Source: a virus
Length of the DNA: 64,000 bases
IMG/VR virus record: IMGVR_UViG_3300024346_000044
Location: 1-64,000 of that record
Direction: 5' to 3' (one strand)
The notes below the pieces were generated by a model. That model worked only from the letters and a program-made list of their open reading frames with translations. It was not told the origin of the DNA and made no database searches. The stretch's first letter is position 1, and each line of letters starts with the position of its first letter. Positions 30,745 to 40,903 of this stretch are shown one piece after another. A program made the translations under genes and the position numbers.

Positions 30745-32466
30745 ATGGCAGAAACATTAATTTCCCCTGGGGTATTAGCAAGAGAGCAAGATCAATCCCA
30801 AATCACCTCACAACCTGTACAAGCGGGAGCAGCAATTATAGGTCCAACAGTATTAGGCCCAGTAGAAAGACCAACTTTGGTTACTACTTTTTCCGAATAT
30901 TTAGCTACTTTTGGTGGTGCTTTGCAGAGTGGTTCAGATGAATACTCATACTTTACAAGTATTTCAGCATTTAATTATTTCCAAGGTGGAGGTACTTCAT
31001 TAATAGTAACTAGAGTAGTATCAGGTTCATATTCTGCTGCTACATCATCATTTATTTCAGGTTCAAATGCACCAGCACTTGCTGCGGGTACTGCTTTTAC
31101 ATTAGAAACAATTGGTTCTGGAACTATAATGAATAGTACTAGTACATTAACTTCAAAAGGAGCTTTACCAAGTGGTAGTTCTAATAATGTTAGATGGGAA
31201 ATAACAACACCAGATACATCATCAGGAACATTTACACTTTTAGTTAGAAGAGGAGATGATAATACAAAATCAAAAAGAGTATTAGAATCTTACACAAACT
31301 TATCATTGGATCCAAAATCTTCAGGATACATAGCTAGAGTAATTGGCGATCAAACGACTACATTACTAGGTAGTGGAACAGCAGAACCTTACTTACAACA
31401 ATCAGGTAATTTTCCTAACGCTTCAAGGTATATAAGAGTAAAATCAGTAGATAAAAAAACACCAGATTATTTAGATAATGATGGAAATGCAAAATCTCAA
31501 TATACAGCTTCAATTCCAATCGCTTCTGCAGGTACATTTGGAGATGCTGAAGGTGGTATTAAAGCCGGAGCTAATTTTTATGATACTATAAACTCTACAA
31601 ACACACAAGGATTAGTAGAAGCAAATTATACAGATGCAATTAATTTATTAGCAAATAAAGATGAATTTAAATACAATATTATCACAGTACCAGGTTTAGT
31701 TTATGTTGATTATCCAACACCTTTAAACTCATTAATTGATAATACAGCAACTAGAGGAGATGCTATAGTAATAGCAGATACTGTAAATTATGGAGCTTCA
31801 ATTACAAATGTAATTTCAACAGCAGCAAGTATAGATTCATCATATACAGCAACATATTGGCCATGGTGTCAAATTACTGACCCAAGCACAGGACAATTAG
31901 CATGGGTTCCAGCTTCAACATTAATACCAGGAGTATATGCAGCTAATGATGCTTCAGCAGAAACTTGGTTTGCACCCGCAGGTATTAATAGAGGTGGATT
32001 AGGAGTAGTAAGACAAGCAGAAAGAAAATTAACACAAACAAATAGAGATAGTCTATATGTAGGAAAAGTTAATCCAATAGCTACATTCCCTGGAAGAGGA
32101 GTAGTAGTATTTGGCCAAAAAACACTACAAACAAGAGCAAGTGCTTTAGATAGAGTAAATGTTAGAAGATTATTAATTAGTCTAAAATCATTTATTTCAC
32201 AAGTAGCAGATAATTTAGTATTTGAACAAAATACAGCAGCTACTAGAAATAATTTCTTAGGACAAGTAAATCCATTTTTAGAAAGTGTACAACAAAGACA
32301 AGGATTATTTGCTTTTAAAGTAGTAATGGATGATAGTAACAACACACCAGATGTTATTGATAGGAATCAATTAGTGGGTCAAATATTTGTTCAACCTACA
32401 AAAACAGCAGAATTTATATACCTAGATTTCAACATTTTACCAACAGGAGCTACTTTCCCGGCATAA
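30745..32466 (+). CDS. tail sheath protein (gp18-like)
   Basis: ISPGVLARE, WFAPAGINRG, VNPIATFPG, FGQKT, DRVNVRRLL, VFEQN, PTKTAEFI. Confidence 0.95.
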   Translation: MAETLISPGVLAREQDQSQITSQPVQAGAAIIGPTVLGPVERPTLVTTFSEYLATFGGALQSGSDEYSYFTSISAFNYFQGGGTSLIVTRVVSGSYSAATSSFISGSNAPALAAGTAFTLETIGSGTIMNSTSTLTSKGALPSGSSNNVRWEITTPDTSSGTFTLLVRRGDDNTKSKRVLESYTNLSLDPKSSGYIARVIGDQTTTLLGSGTAEPYLQQSGNFPNASRYIRVKSVDKKTPDYLDNDGNAKSQYTASIPIASAGTFGDAEGGIKAGANFYDTINSTNTQGLVEANYTDAINLLANKDEFKYNIITVPGLVYVDYPTPLNSLIDNTATRGDAIVIADTVNYGASITNVISTAASIDSSYTATYWPWCQITDPSTGQLAWVPASTLIPGVYAANDASAETWFAPAGINRGGLGVVRQAERKLTQTNRDSLYVGKVNPIATFPGRGVVVFGQKTLQTRASALDRVNVRRLLISLKSFISQVADNLVFEQNTAATRNNFLGQVNPFLESVQQRQGLFAFKVVMDDSNNTPDVIDRNQLVGQIFVQPTKTAEFIYLDFNILPTGATFPA

Positions 32467-32513
32467 AAACATAGAAATTAGATATTTATAATAGAATTAA
32501 AAGATAAAACAAA

Positions 32514-33002
32514 ATGGCAGTATTAAATCCCAACGAAATATTTTTCACAGCATTTGAACCAAAACAAGCTAATAGGTTTATTATGTATGTAGATGGAATT
32601 CCATCATATATGATAAAAGAAGTAGGTGAAGTGAAAATATCACAAGAAATAGTAACTTTAAATCACATCAATGTTGAGAGAAAAGTTAAAGGTAAATCAA
32701 AATGGGAAAATTTAAGTATGACTCTTTATGATCCAATCACACCATCAGGTGCTCAAGCGGTAATGGAGTGGGTAAGACTACATCATGAATCTGTAACAGG
32801 TAGAGATGGTTATTCTGATTTTTATAAGAAAGATTTAACAATCAACGTTCTAGGTCCAGTAGGTGACGTAGTATCAGAATGGGTAATTAAAGGCGCATTT
32901 ATAGTAGATGCAGGATTTAAAGGATTTAACTGGGATACAGGTGCTGAAGCTCAAACTATTGCTTTAACAATATCAATGGATTATGCAGTACTAAACTTTT
33001 AA
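32514..33002 (+). CDS. tail tube protein (gp19-like)
   Basis: FEPKQANRF, KGKSKW, LYDPI, YKKDL; follows the sheath gene. Confidence 0.9.
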   Translation: MAVLNPNEIFFTAFEPKQANRFIMYVDGIPSYMIKEVGEVKISQEIVTLNHINVERKVKGKSKWENLSMTLYDPITPSGAQAVMEWVRLHHESVTGRDGYSDFYKKDLTINVLGPVGDVVSEWVIKGAFIVDAGFKGFNWDTGAEAQTIALTISMDYAVLNF

Positions 33003-33029
33003 AAAAAAATATCAAATATTACAAAAAAT

Positions 33030-33054
33030 AGCTTGGCTCATGTCAAGCTTTTTT
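33030..33054 (+). terminator. rho-independent terminator after tube gene
   Basis: agcttggc-tcat-gtcaagct hairpin followed by a T run. Confidence 0.7.
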
Positions 33055-33104
33055 GTATTTTTAATATGTATTACTAGAATTAAAGTTATTAATAAATAAA
33101 AGAT

Positions 33105-33851
33105 ATGGAAGAAAAAAAACTGAAGTTTCCTACCGAAACGATAGACCTACCTTCAAAGGGTCTAATTTACCCTAAAGATAACAATTTATCAAGTGGAAAA
33201 GTAGAAATGAAATACATGACTGCTAAGGAAGAAGATATACTAACTAATCAATCATACATCGAAGCTGGCACGGTATTAGACAAGTTACTGCAATCACTCA
33301 TAGTCTCCGACATAGTGTATAATGATTTAATTACTGGCGATAAAAACGCATTGCTTATAGCTGCTAGAGTTTTAGGATATGGTAAAGATTACAAATTTGA
33401 ATATAAAGGAGAAGAAGTAGAAGTTGACTTAAGTGAAATTGATAATAAAGAATTTGATGAAGATTCAATTAAAAAAGGTGAAAATAGATTTCCATTTACT
33501 TTACCAAATTCCAAAACTGAAATTGAATATAAAATTCTAACAGCAAATGATGAGAAAAAAATTGCTGCCGAAATTAAAGGTTTAAAGAAAATTAACAAAA
33601 ACGCAAACCCAGAACTATCTACAAGATTAAAATACATGATTGTATCTGTAGATAAAGATGAAGAAAAAAAATCAATAAGAGAGTTTGTTGATAATTATTT
33701 TCTAGCTATGGATTCAAGAGCGCTTAGAAAACATATAGCAAATACACAACCAGATGTTGAATTAACAATACCAGTAGAGACTAGTGGTGGCACGGAGGAC
33801 ATCACTATTCCTATTAATCTTAACTTTTTTTGGCCTGACGCAGAGGTATAG
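33105..33851 (+). CDS. tail assembly chaperone / gp26-like baseplate hub assembly protein
   Basis: IDLPSKG, MTAKEEDIL, GDKNALLIAAR, ends NFFWP; located between tube and tape measure. Confidence 0.75.
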   Translation: MEEKKLKFPTETIDLPSKGLIYPKDNNLSSGKVEMKYMTAKEEDILTNQSYIEAGTVLDKLLQSLIVSDIVYNDLITGDKNALLIAARVLGYGKDYKFEYKGEEVEVDLSEIDNKEFDEDSIKKGENRFPFTLPNSKTEIEYKILTANDEKKIAAEIKGLKKINKNANPELSTRLKYMIVSVDKDEEKKSIREFVDNYFLAMDSRALRKHIANTQPDVELTIPVETSGGTEDITIPINLNFFWPDAEV

Positions 33852-34131
33852 ATTCGAATTATTTAATCAAATCCATGAGATAGTATTCCATGGAAAAGGA
33901 GGTTATGACTTCCACACTATATACACTATGCCTATATGGTTGCGCAACTTTACATTTTCTAAAATGAAAGAATTTTTTGAAAAAGAAGCAGCTGATTATA
34001 AAAAGGCACAATCTAATGGTAAAGGTACATCTACTGTTATTGACACAGATGGTATGGTTCAAACCCCATCTTTTATGGAAAAAGGTAATGCTTCTAAACC
34101 GGCCTATTCAACAAAACGGGCTAAAAACTAG
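33823..34131 (+). CDS. probable frameshift-accessed extension of the chaperone (gp51-like)
   Basis: +1 frame across T7 at 33825-33831; FFGLTQRYRFELFNQIHEIVFHGKGGY..MPIWLR; no ATG before the conserved-looking part. Confidence 0.55.
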   Translation, partial: TFFGLTQRYRFELFNQIHEIVFHGKGGYDFHTIYTMPIWLRNFTFSKMKEFFEKEAADYKKAQSNGKGTSTVIDTDGMVQTPSFMEKGNASKPAYSTKRAKN

Positions 34132-34164
34132 ATTTTTTAATATTTATAATCAAATATTCCAAAA

Positions 34165-37100
34165 ATGGCCGATGGACTAAATAAAAATCTAAATAATGCT
34201 AATAAATCTGCTAAAGATTTAAAAGGCAATATGGATGGAGCTTCCGACTCTGCTAAATCTGCAGCTGATAATATGGGTAGGTTTAACGATTCAGTTAATG
34301 ACTCAGCTGAATCTTTCAATGATTATAGAGACACTCTTCGTTCTATATCTGCTGAATTAGGCAATCAAATTAATAACGTAAAAGATGTAAAAAAAGAGTA
34401 TAATAAACTCGATTCTATAGCAAGAAAACTTTCTGATCAAGAAGTTGGCATAAACAGGTTAAAAGATAGTCAATTAGACAAATTAAAACAAAATGCTGCT
34501 TCATCAGTTGAAGAACTTAAAAATAGAACTAATGCTCTACAAGTAGAAAAACTTACAGCAAGTACAGGTAAAGAATTAATGAGTTTAAGTGGTGCGGCAT
34601 TTGAAACCACCCTTAAATCTATAGCAGCTAAAAAGAAACTTTCAAAAGAAGAAGTTACTTTAATTAGAGCAGCTAAACAGAATTTCCAAATAGAGCAAGA
34701 GTTATTAGATAAAATAGAAGAAGAAGTAGATATTCGTAAAGAATCTAATAGGTTGATGGGTATAGGGGGAGGATTGATGAAAGGTTTAAATCAATTAGGA
34801 GGAAAATTTGCATCATCTTTAGGACTAGAGAAAGTAACATCTGACATGCAAGAAATGGCAGATGCCATTGCACGAGGGACAAAATCCTCAGGTGCTCTGG
34901 GAGGTAAAATGAAAGTTTTAGGTGTTGGTGTAAAATCAGCATTTACAAATATTGGAGGTTCATTAATGGATCCCACAGTAATATTTGGAGCTTTAATTAA
35001 AGGATTTAATGATGTAGACAAAGCAGCAACTGATTTTGCAAGACAAACGGGACAAGACCTTAATGGTGTCGAAGCTTCTCTTGCAACTGCTAATATGGGT
35101 TATGTTAATATGGCTGATTACATTAAAGCAGCTACAGCATTAACCTCAGAATTAAAAATGAGTGCTACTGATATATTTTCTTCAGAAGATATTTTAGAAG
35201 TAGCTCAAATGACAGATGAAATGGGCATGGCAGGTAAAGCAGCTGCTAACTTGGCCAAATTATCTAAATTAAATGGAACATCTGTTAGAGAAAATAATGA
35301 ATCTATAATACAGGGAGTTAATAGTTTTAATAAACAAAATGGTGCTGCTATAAATAGTAGAAAAGTACTAGATGACATTGCTAATACATCACAAGGTGTA
35401 TTAACTAAATTTGCGGGCATGCCTGGAAAATTAACAGAAGCTGCATCAGCCGCTGCTGGTATAGGAATGAGCCTAGAGCAAGTAGATAAAATAGCAGGAA
35501 GTTTACTTAATTTTGAACAGTCAATATCAGCAGAAATGGAAGCTGAGTTATTAACTGGAAAGAGTCTTAACTTAGAAAAAGCAAGAGAAGCTGCTTTAAC
35601 TAATGATTTAGCTACAGTAGCTAAAGAAATGAGTAAACAAATAGGAACATCAGCAGATTTTGCTAAAATGAATCGCATTCAACAAGAAGCTACAGCAAAA
35701 GCTATGGGCATGACTAGTGATGAATTAGCTGGAATGTTGTTACAAGAAGACTTAAAAGCTGGTTTAAATGAAGATTCTTTAAATGCTGCTCAAAAACAAA
35801 CTCTTGAATCCCAAAAGAACAGAATGGCACAAGAGCAAATAGCACAATCTATAGCTAAAATAGGCCAAGCATTTGCTCCTATAATTGGATTTATTGCTAA
35901 AATAGTATCAAATTCTAAGGTAATTTATGCCTTAATGGGTGTTGCTTTAGTAACTAAACTAGGTGGTCTTACAAGCATATTTGGTAAAATGGGCAAAGCA
36001 TTTAGTGGTATTCAAGGTGCAGGTAAATCTATGATGGGGTTTTTTAATAAAAGTGAAGGTGGATTTAAAGGATTAATCTCCTCCGCTAAAAAATATGGAA
36101 ATTCATTAACAGGTGCATTTAAAGGTACTGATGGGGAAGCTTCAGGTGCAAAAGATAAAATTTCAGGTTTAAAAGATAAAATTACAGATAAATTTAAAGA
36201 TAAAGTAGATGATATTTCGGATTCTGCAGATAAGTCAAAAGGAATAGATGGAGATGCAGGTAAAGGAGTTAAGGAGTTTTTAAAGGGACTATCAGAAGGA
36301 TTAAAATCTATGGCAAGTATGGAAGTTGTTGGAGGTGCTCTTGCTCTTATACCAGCAGCAATTGGTCTTACTGCTATGATCCCCGGATCAGTAGGTGCTT
36401 ATTTAATATCAAAAGTAGATGGTGAAGGATTTAAAGAAGGACTAGTAGGAATCGCAGATGGTTTAAAAGAAATAGATGGTCAAGCAATGTTAGGTGGTTT
36501 AGCTTTAATACCAATAGCTTTAGGGCTTGCTGCTATGCTTCCTGGAGTAGTAGCAATTTTAGCAATTTCTGCAGTTGGGCCTCTAGCTGAAGCTGGATTT
36601 AAAGGATTAGGAAAAGGTTTAATGTTTTTTGGGGATAATTTTGGTAAAATTATTCAGGGATCGCTTGCATTAGGGATTGCTGGTTTGGCAGTTGCAGGTT
36701 CTTTTGCATTAGCTTTAATGATGATTAAAGATGTAGATCCTACACAAATGATAGCATTTGCGGGTTCATTAGCAATTTTTGGAACTACTGCAGCCTTATT
36801 AGGTAGTTTTAGTAGTCTAATAATTCAAGGAGCACTAGCATTAGGAATATTAGGTTTAGCATTAATCCCAGCAGCATTTGCATTTAATTTAATATCTGGT
36901 GTAGATGTAAACAGTATGATTGCATTTTCTATAGCATTACCTTTATTAGCGTTAGCGGCAGCAGGTTTAGGATTTATAGCACCTTTTATTTTAGCAGGGT
37001 CATTAGCAATAGCAGCATTAGGTTTAGCCATAATACCAGCTGCAATGGCATTTGGGATGTTAGCAGGTTCTGGATTCACAGACCAAATAGATTCTCTTTC

Positions 37101-37440
37101 ACAATTAGCTGTATTAGGTTCTGGACTATTTGGAGTAGGAGCAGGTTTAATAAGTATTGCAGCTGGATTAGGAGCAATGTCATTAGCTGGATTATTAGCT
37201 ATGCCTACTTTATTAGCATTAACCGCTTTAGGAGCAGTTTCAGGAGGGTTAGGTTCAATATTTGGAGGAGCTGAAGAAACAGATAATGGAAACCAGGATT
37301 CTGCACTATCTGAAAAATTAGACCAAGTAAATAATAACATTCTTAAATTAATATCAGTTGTAGAAGCTGGTGGAGATGTTATCATGGATGGGGCAGTCGT
37401 AGGAAAAACAGTATCTATGGCGAGTTCTAAAATTGGTTAA
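34165..37440 (+). CDS. tape measure protein
   Basis: 1091 aa, helical, Ala/Gly-rich; LLNFEQSISAEMEAELLTG; hydrophobic C-terminal repeats; synteny. Confidence 0.85.
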   Translation: MADGLNKNLNNANKSAKDLKGNMDGASDSAKSAADNMGRFNDSVNDSAESFNDYRDTLRSISAELGNQINNVKDVKKEYNKLDSIARKLSDQEVGINRLKDSQLDKLKQNAASSVEELKNRTNALQVEKLTASTGKELMSLSGAAFETTLKSIAAKKKLSKEEVTLIRAAKQNFQIEQELLDKIEEEVDIRKESNRLMGIGGGLMKGLNQLGGKFASSLGLEKVTSDMQEMADAIARGTKSSGALGGKMKVLGVGVKSAFTNIGGSLMDPTVIFGALIKGFNDVDKAATDFARQTGQDLNGVEASLATANMGYVNMADYIKAATALTSELKMSATDIFSSEDILEVAQMTDEMGMAGKAAANLAKLSKLNGTSVRENNESIIQGVNSFNKQNGAAINSRKVLDDIANTSQGVLTKFAGMPGKLTEAASAAAGIGMSLEQVDKIAGSLLNFEQSISAEMEAELLTGKSLNLEKAREAALTNDLATVAKEMSKQIGTSADFAKMNRIQQEATAKAMGMTSDELAGMLLQEDLKAGLNEDSLNAAQKQTLESQKNRMAQEQIAQSIAKIGQAFAPIIGFIAKIVSNSKVIYALMGVALVTKLGGLTSIFGKMGKAFSGIQGAGKSMMGFFNKSEGGFKGLISSAKKYGNSLTGAFKGTDGEASGAKDKISGLKDKITDKFKDKVDDISDSADKSKGIDGDAGKGVKEFLKGLSEGLKSMASMEVVGGALALIPAAIGLTAMIPGSVGAYLISKVDGEGFKEGLVGIADGLKEIDGQAMLGGLALIPIALGLAAMLPGVVAILAISAVGPLAEAGFKGLGKGLMFFGDNFGKIIQGSLALGIAGLAVAGSFALALMMIKDVDPTQMIAFAGSLAIFGTTAALLGSFSSLIIQGALALGILGLALIPAAFAFNLISGVDVNSMIAFSIALPLLALAAAGLGFIAPFILAGSLAIAALGLAIIPAAMAFGMLAGSGFTDQIDSLSQLAVLGSGLFGVGAGLISIAAGLGAMSLAGLLAMPTLLALTALGAVSGGLGSIFGGAEETDNGNQDSALSEKLDQVNNNILKLISVVEAGGDVIMDGAVVGKTVSMASSKIG

Positions 37441-37469
37441 TATTTATAATAAACATTAAAACAAATATT

Positions 37470-37811
37470 ATGTCTGGATTATTAAATAAATTAACAAGTG
37501 AAGGATCAGGTTTTACCAAATTATCAGGTGGAGATGGTCAAATTAATGTGGGTGCAACCCAACAATCAAAATTACATGCTTTTGGAAACCAAGCAGGTTA
37601 TTCTGTAGATGGAGCTTTTACAGGTGAAGTAAATGATGCTTTTAACGCCTATGATGATGGTGTAATTAACCAATTACCTCAACCATCAGGATTAGATTTA
37701 AATGGTGTACCACCTGCATCTTCAAACTCAGATGGAGGAGTACCTGCTATTAATTCAACTTTTTCTAAAGGAGCATATAAAAACAATCTCCCAGAAGGAA
37801 GAAGTTTTTAG
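37470..37811 (+). CDS. small virion protein (113 aa)
   Basis: Own late motif at 37440; Gly-rich. Confidence 0.6.
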   Translation: MSGLLNKLTSEGSGFTKLSGGDGQINVGATQQSKLHAFGNQAGYSVDGAFTGEVNDAFNAYDDGVINQLPQPSGLDLNGVPPASSNSDGGVPAINSTFSKGAYKNNLPEGRSF

Positions 37812-37814
37812 TGA

Positions 37815-40574
37815 ATGCCATTACTAGACTTTAAAACTGATCTAAAGTCCTTAAAATTTGGAAATGATAGACCTGATGGTGGTTCAAGTAACCAACCATT
37901 TGTAAAAAAAGAAATTCCAGATGATAGGAAACCCGCTGTTATTTCAGACGGAGGGCCAGATTTTATTTTAAGAGGTGGTGTTTTAGCCCCTATTAGAGCA
38001 GTAGATGATGCTATAAGGACTACTAAATTATTTTTAGATACTCCCCAAGGTCTTCTATTTACTGCAAAAATGAACCTCCTATCTAGGATGGCTCCAAAAA
38101 CAATAGCTGCTCAAGGAGCAGGATATGCAGGAGGTAATATTAACCAAGGTGCATATTTACCTACATCTACTATAGCTCAAACAGGATTAGGATATAGTGG
38201 TACTCATACTAATACATTTGGTTTAAATCCTTTTTCACCCGGAGATCAAAACCCATCTTTAGCAAAACAGTTAGCATCTGGTGGATTAGTTAGATATGAA
38301 AGTGCAATTTTAGGTATTAGTGGTAATGGAGAAAGATTATTAGGAGGTCTTACATCTCCTTTATCTGAGCTTTACGATGATAAAATACTATTAAAATCAC
38401 CAGACCCTAATATACTATCATATTCAGGAGGACCTGGGGCACATTTAGGAATAGGTAATACTAATATTAAATTTTCTACTATAAGTCTAGGTCAGAATAG
38501 GACAGGTATTAATAATCCCCTATATGTAGATAATTATACTTTCTTTATTGAGGGTACTAAAAAAAGTGTTTTAACATCAGATGATATAATTTTAAGCACT
38601 TTTTCAAATAAAGAACCACTTGGAAAAACAGACTATAAACAACTATTAAATGCTGGTGATGATTTTGATGCTAATATTACTAATGATGGAGGAATAACCT
38701 GGGATAATCTATCAGGACAAAGGGTGTACAAGGCAAAAACATTAGAACCTAATTTACCTTTTATAACTGCATCTAAATCAAAAAAATTAAGTGATACTGA
38801 AGCCTCTGATTTTACAAACCCTCAAGGTACTAATTATGTAGACATTGCTGGATTTGGGGGTAATAATGGTAACTATACCGATGATCTTAGTAGTGATGGT
38901 GATAAAACCTGGGTAAATACCTCAATAAATCAGATATATGAATCCGGGTCATTAGAACCTAATACATCCCCTGATTTTTTATTAGCAAATTCTAAAAGTT
39001 TAAGTGACACTGAAGCCTCTGATTTTAAAAACCCTCAAGGTACTAACTATACAAATATTGTTGGGTTTGGAGGTAATAATGGTGCTTATGCTGATGACCT
39101 TAGCAGTGATAGTGATAAAACCTGGGTAAATACCTCAATAAACCAAGTATACAAATCAGGGTCATTAGAATTTTTTAGTGGTGGGGTAACTACATCATCT
39201 AAAAATCAAACTACTGAAGATTGGATTAACCCATCAGTACAATTAAAAACCCCTACGGGCCCCACTAATTACGCTGAGTTATTAGGTGAAAGTGGAAATA
39301 CATTAGATCCTGATGTAACTAGTGATAGTGGGATTGCATGGAATGAACCTAGTCATAACTCTACAACAGTAGGAGCAGGATCAACAGCTTTAAAATTTAA
39401 CAGTAATGCTGTAGAAGTTACTAATCGATATAAAAATATTCAATTCACCAGCACACAAGATGCATCATCCCCATTAACAGATTTTAGAGATTTACCTATA
39501 CCTCTATTAGCTCCTATTTCTAATGGTTTTAATCAGTTAAATAATGTAGTAGGCACAATGCAAGTTAATTTTTCAATAAATGCTGGAGTTGGGCAAAGTG
39601 TTTATAATAATGGCATTGCATTTGGTCAAGACGCATCAGATGCTATTGAAACTAATGTAGAATTTATAAAGGAAACAGGAAATGGAGTTGCTACATGGAC
39701 TCAAGGTGATTTTGAATCATTAACCGAGAGTGACTTACACCCCCAAACTCAAGCAATAAGAGATTTTAGAGAAGATATATTAGAATTAGATCTTCCCGCT
39801 GACTCAACTAAAAAAGTATTATCTAGGTTTAATGGAGATTATAGTGCAAAAAGAATAGATATAAGAACTAATGTTGGTGACCCAGGTGCTAGAAGAAATA
39901 TTCAGAATTATTCTGTAGGAGGTCAACAAGCATTAGATAAAATAACAGCTTCCCCAATTTATAGTGGAGCCCAAGCTACTCATGCTGGAGAAAAAAACGA
40001 TTTAGTAAAATTTAGTATTGGTTATATTAATAATAATAATAGTGGAACTTCTAATTTTATGAATTTTAGAGCTTATATTGATTCTTTTGAAGATGCCTAC
40101 ACTGCAGATTGGGGTGAAACTCAATATGCGGGAAGAGCTGATAAATTTTACAATTATAAAGGATTTGGTAGAAGTATTAGTATGGGATTTAAAGTGTATG
40201 CTACTTCAAAACCAGAATTAATTCCAATGTATAAAAAACTAAACTTTTTAGCCTCAGGTTTGGCCCCAACCTATTCAGGTGGTGGGTTTATGCAAGGTAA
40301 TTTATCAAGAATAACAGTTGGTGGTTATTTATTCAATCAGCTTGGATTCATTAAATCTCTTACGTATACTATACCTCAATCAAGTACATGGGAAATAGGG
40401 TTAGATAGTAATGGAGGATTAGATAGTAGTGTTAAAGAATTACCACATATGATAGAAGTAACAGGATTTACATTCCAACCAATACAAGAATTTGTACCTC
40501 GAATTGGAAACCCAAATGATTTAGGGAATACTCCTTATATAGCACTTAGTAATGGAGGAAATACAAACTATTAA
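37815..40574 (+). CDS. baseplate/tail-tube initiator-like protein with internal repeats
   Basis: C-terminal FRAYIDSFEDAYTADW, YAGRAD, YKGFGRSI, ITVGGY, GFIKSL, ELPHMIEV tube-like domain. Confidence 0.65.
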   Translation: MPLLDFKTDLKSLKFGNDRPDGGSSNQPFVKKEIPDDRKPAVISDGGPDFILRGGVLAPIRAVDDAIRTTKLFLDTPQGLLFTAKMNLLSRMAPKTIAAQGAGYAGGNINQGAYLPTSTIAQTGLGYSGTHTNTFGLNPFSPGDQNPSLAKQLASGGLVRYESAILGISGNGERLLGGLTSPLSELYDDKILLKSPDPNILSYSGGPGAHLGIGNTNIKFSTISLGQNRTGINNPLYVDNYTFFIEGTKKSVLTSDDIILSTFSNKEPLGKTDYKQLLNAGDDFDANITNDGGITWDNLSGQRVYKAKTLEPNLPFITASKSKKLSDTEASDFTNPQGTNYVDIAGFGGNNGNYTDDLSSDGDKTWVNTSINQIYESGSLEPNTSPDFLLANSKSLSDTEASDFKNPQGTNYTNIVGFGGNNGAYADDLSSDSDKTWVNTSINQVYKSGSLEFFSGGVTTSSKNQTTEDWINPSVQLKTPTGPTNYAELLGESGNTLDPDVTSDSGIAWNEPSHNSTTVGAGSTALKFNSNAVEVTNRYKNIQFTSTQDASSPLTDFRDLPIPLLAPISNGFNQLNNVVGTMQVNFSINAGVGQSVYNNGIAFGQDASDAIETNVEFIKETGNGVATWTQGDFESLTESDLHPQTQAIRDFREDILELDLPADSTKKVLSRFNGDYSAKRIDIRTNVGDPGARRNIQNYSVGGQQALDKITASPIYSGAQATHAGEKNDLVKFSIGYINNNNSGTSNFMNFRAYIDSFEDAYTADWGETQYAGRADKFYNYKGFGRSISMGFKVYATSKPELIPMYKKLNFLASGLAPTYSGGGFMQGNLSRITVGGYLFNQLGFIKSLTYTIPQSSTWEIGLDSNGGLDSSVKELPHMIEVTGFTFQPIQEFVPRIGNPNDLGNTPYIALSNGGNTNY
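38787..39170 (+). repeat. 171 bp duplication (period 213 nt) in the baseplate gene
   Basis: LSDTEASDFxNPQGTNY...KTWVNTSINQxYxSGSLE at 38787-38957 and 39000-39170. Confidence 0.85.
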
Positions 40575-40576
40575 AA

Positions 40577-40903
40577 ATGGATAGATATTCAAATATAGAA
40601 ATTTTAAAAAATATTAGTTATGGGGCAGATGTTACTGTAGGTACTCAATATTATGCTACCACAAAATACCCAGAAATTCCATTAAGTGAAAATGATATTT
40701 ATGTTATAACAGATTTTGGTGATAGGTTAGATCTATTATCAAATCAATTTTACCAGGATATTACTTTATATTGGATAATAGCTATTGCAAATCCTAATAA
40801 ACTTAATTTAGGTTCTATTAATATACCCCCAGGTACTCAATTAAGAATCCCAACTGACATAGTTGGTGTATTACAAAGTTATAATTTATTAAATGCACAG
40901 TAA
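40577..40903 (+). CDS. baseplate wedge LysM-like protein (gp53/gpX-like)
   Basis: GDRLDLLSNQFYQDITLYWIIAIAN..PGTQLRIP. Confidence 0.8.
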   Translation: MDRYSNIEILKNISYGADVTVGTQYYATTKYPEIPLSENDIYVITDFGDRLDLLSNQFYQDITLYWIIAIANPNKLNLGSINIPPGTQLRIPTDIVGVLQSYNLLNAQ

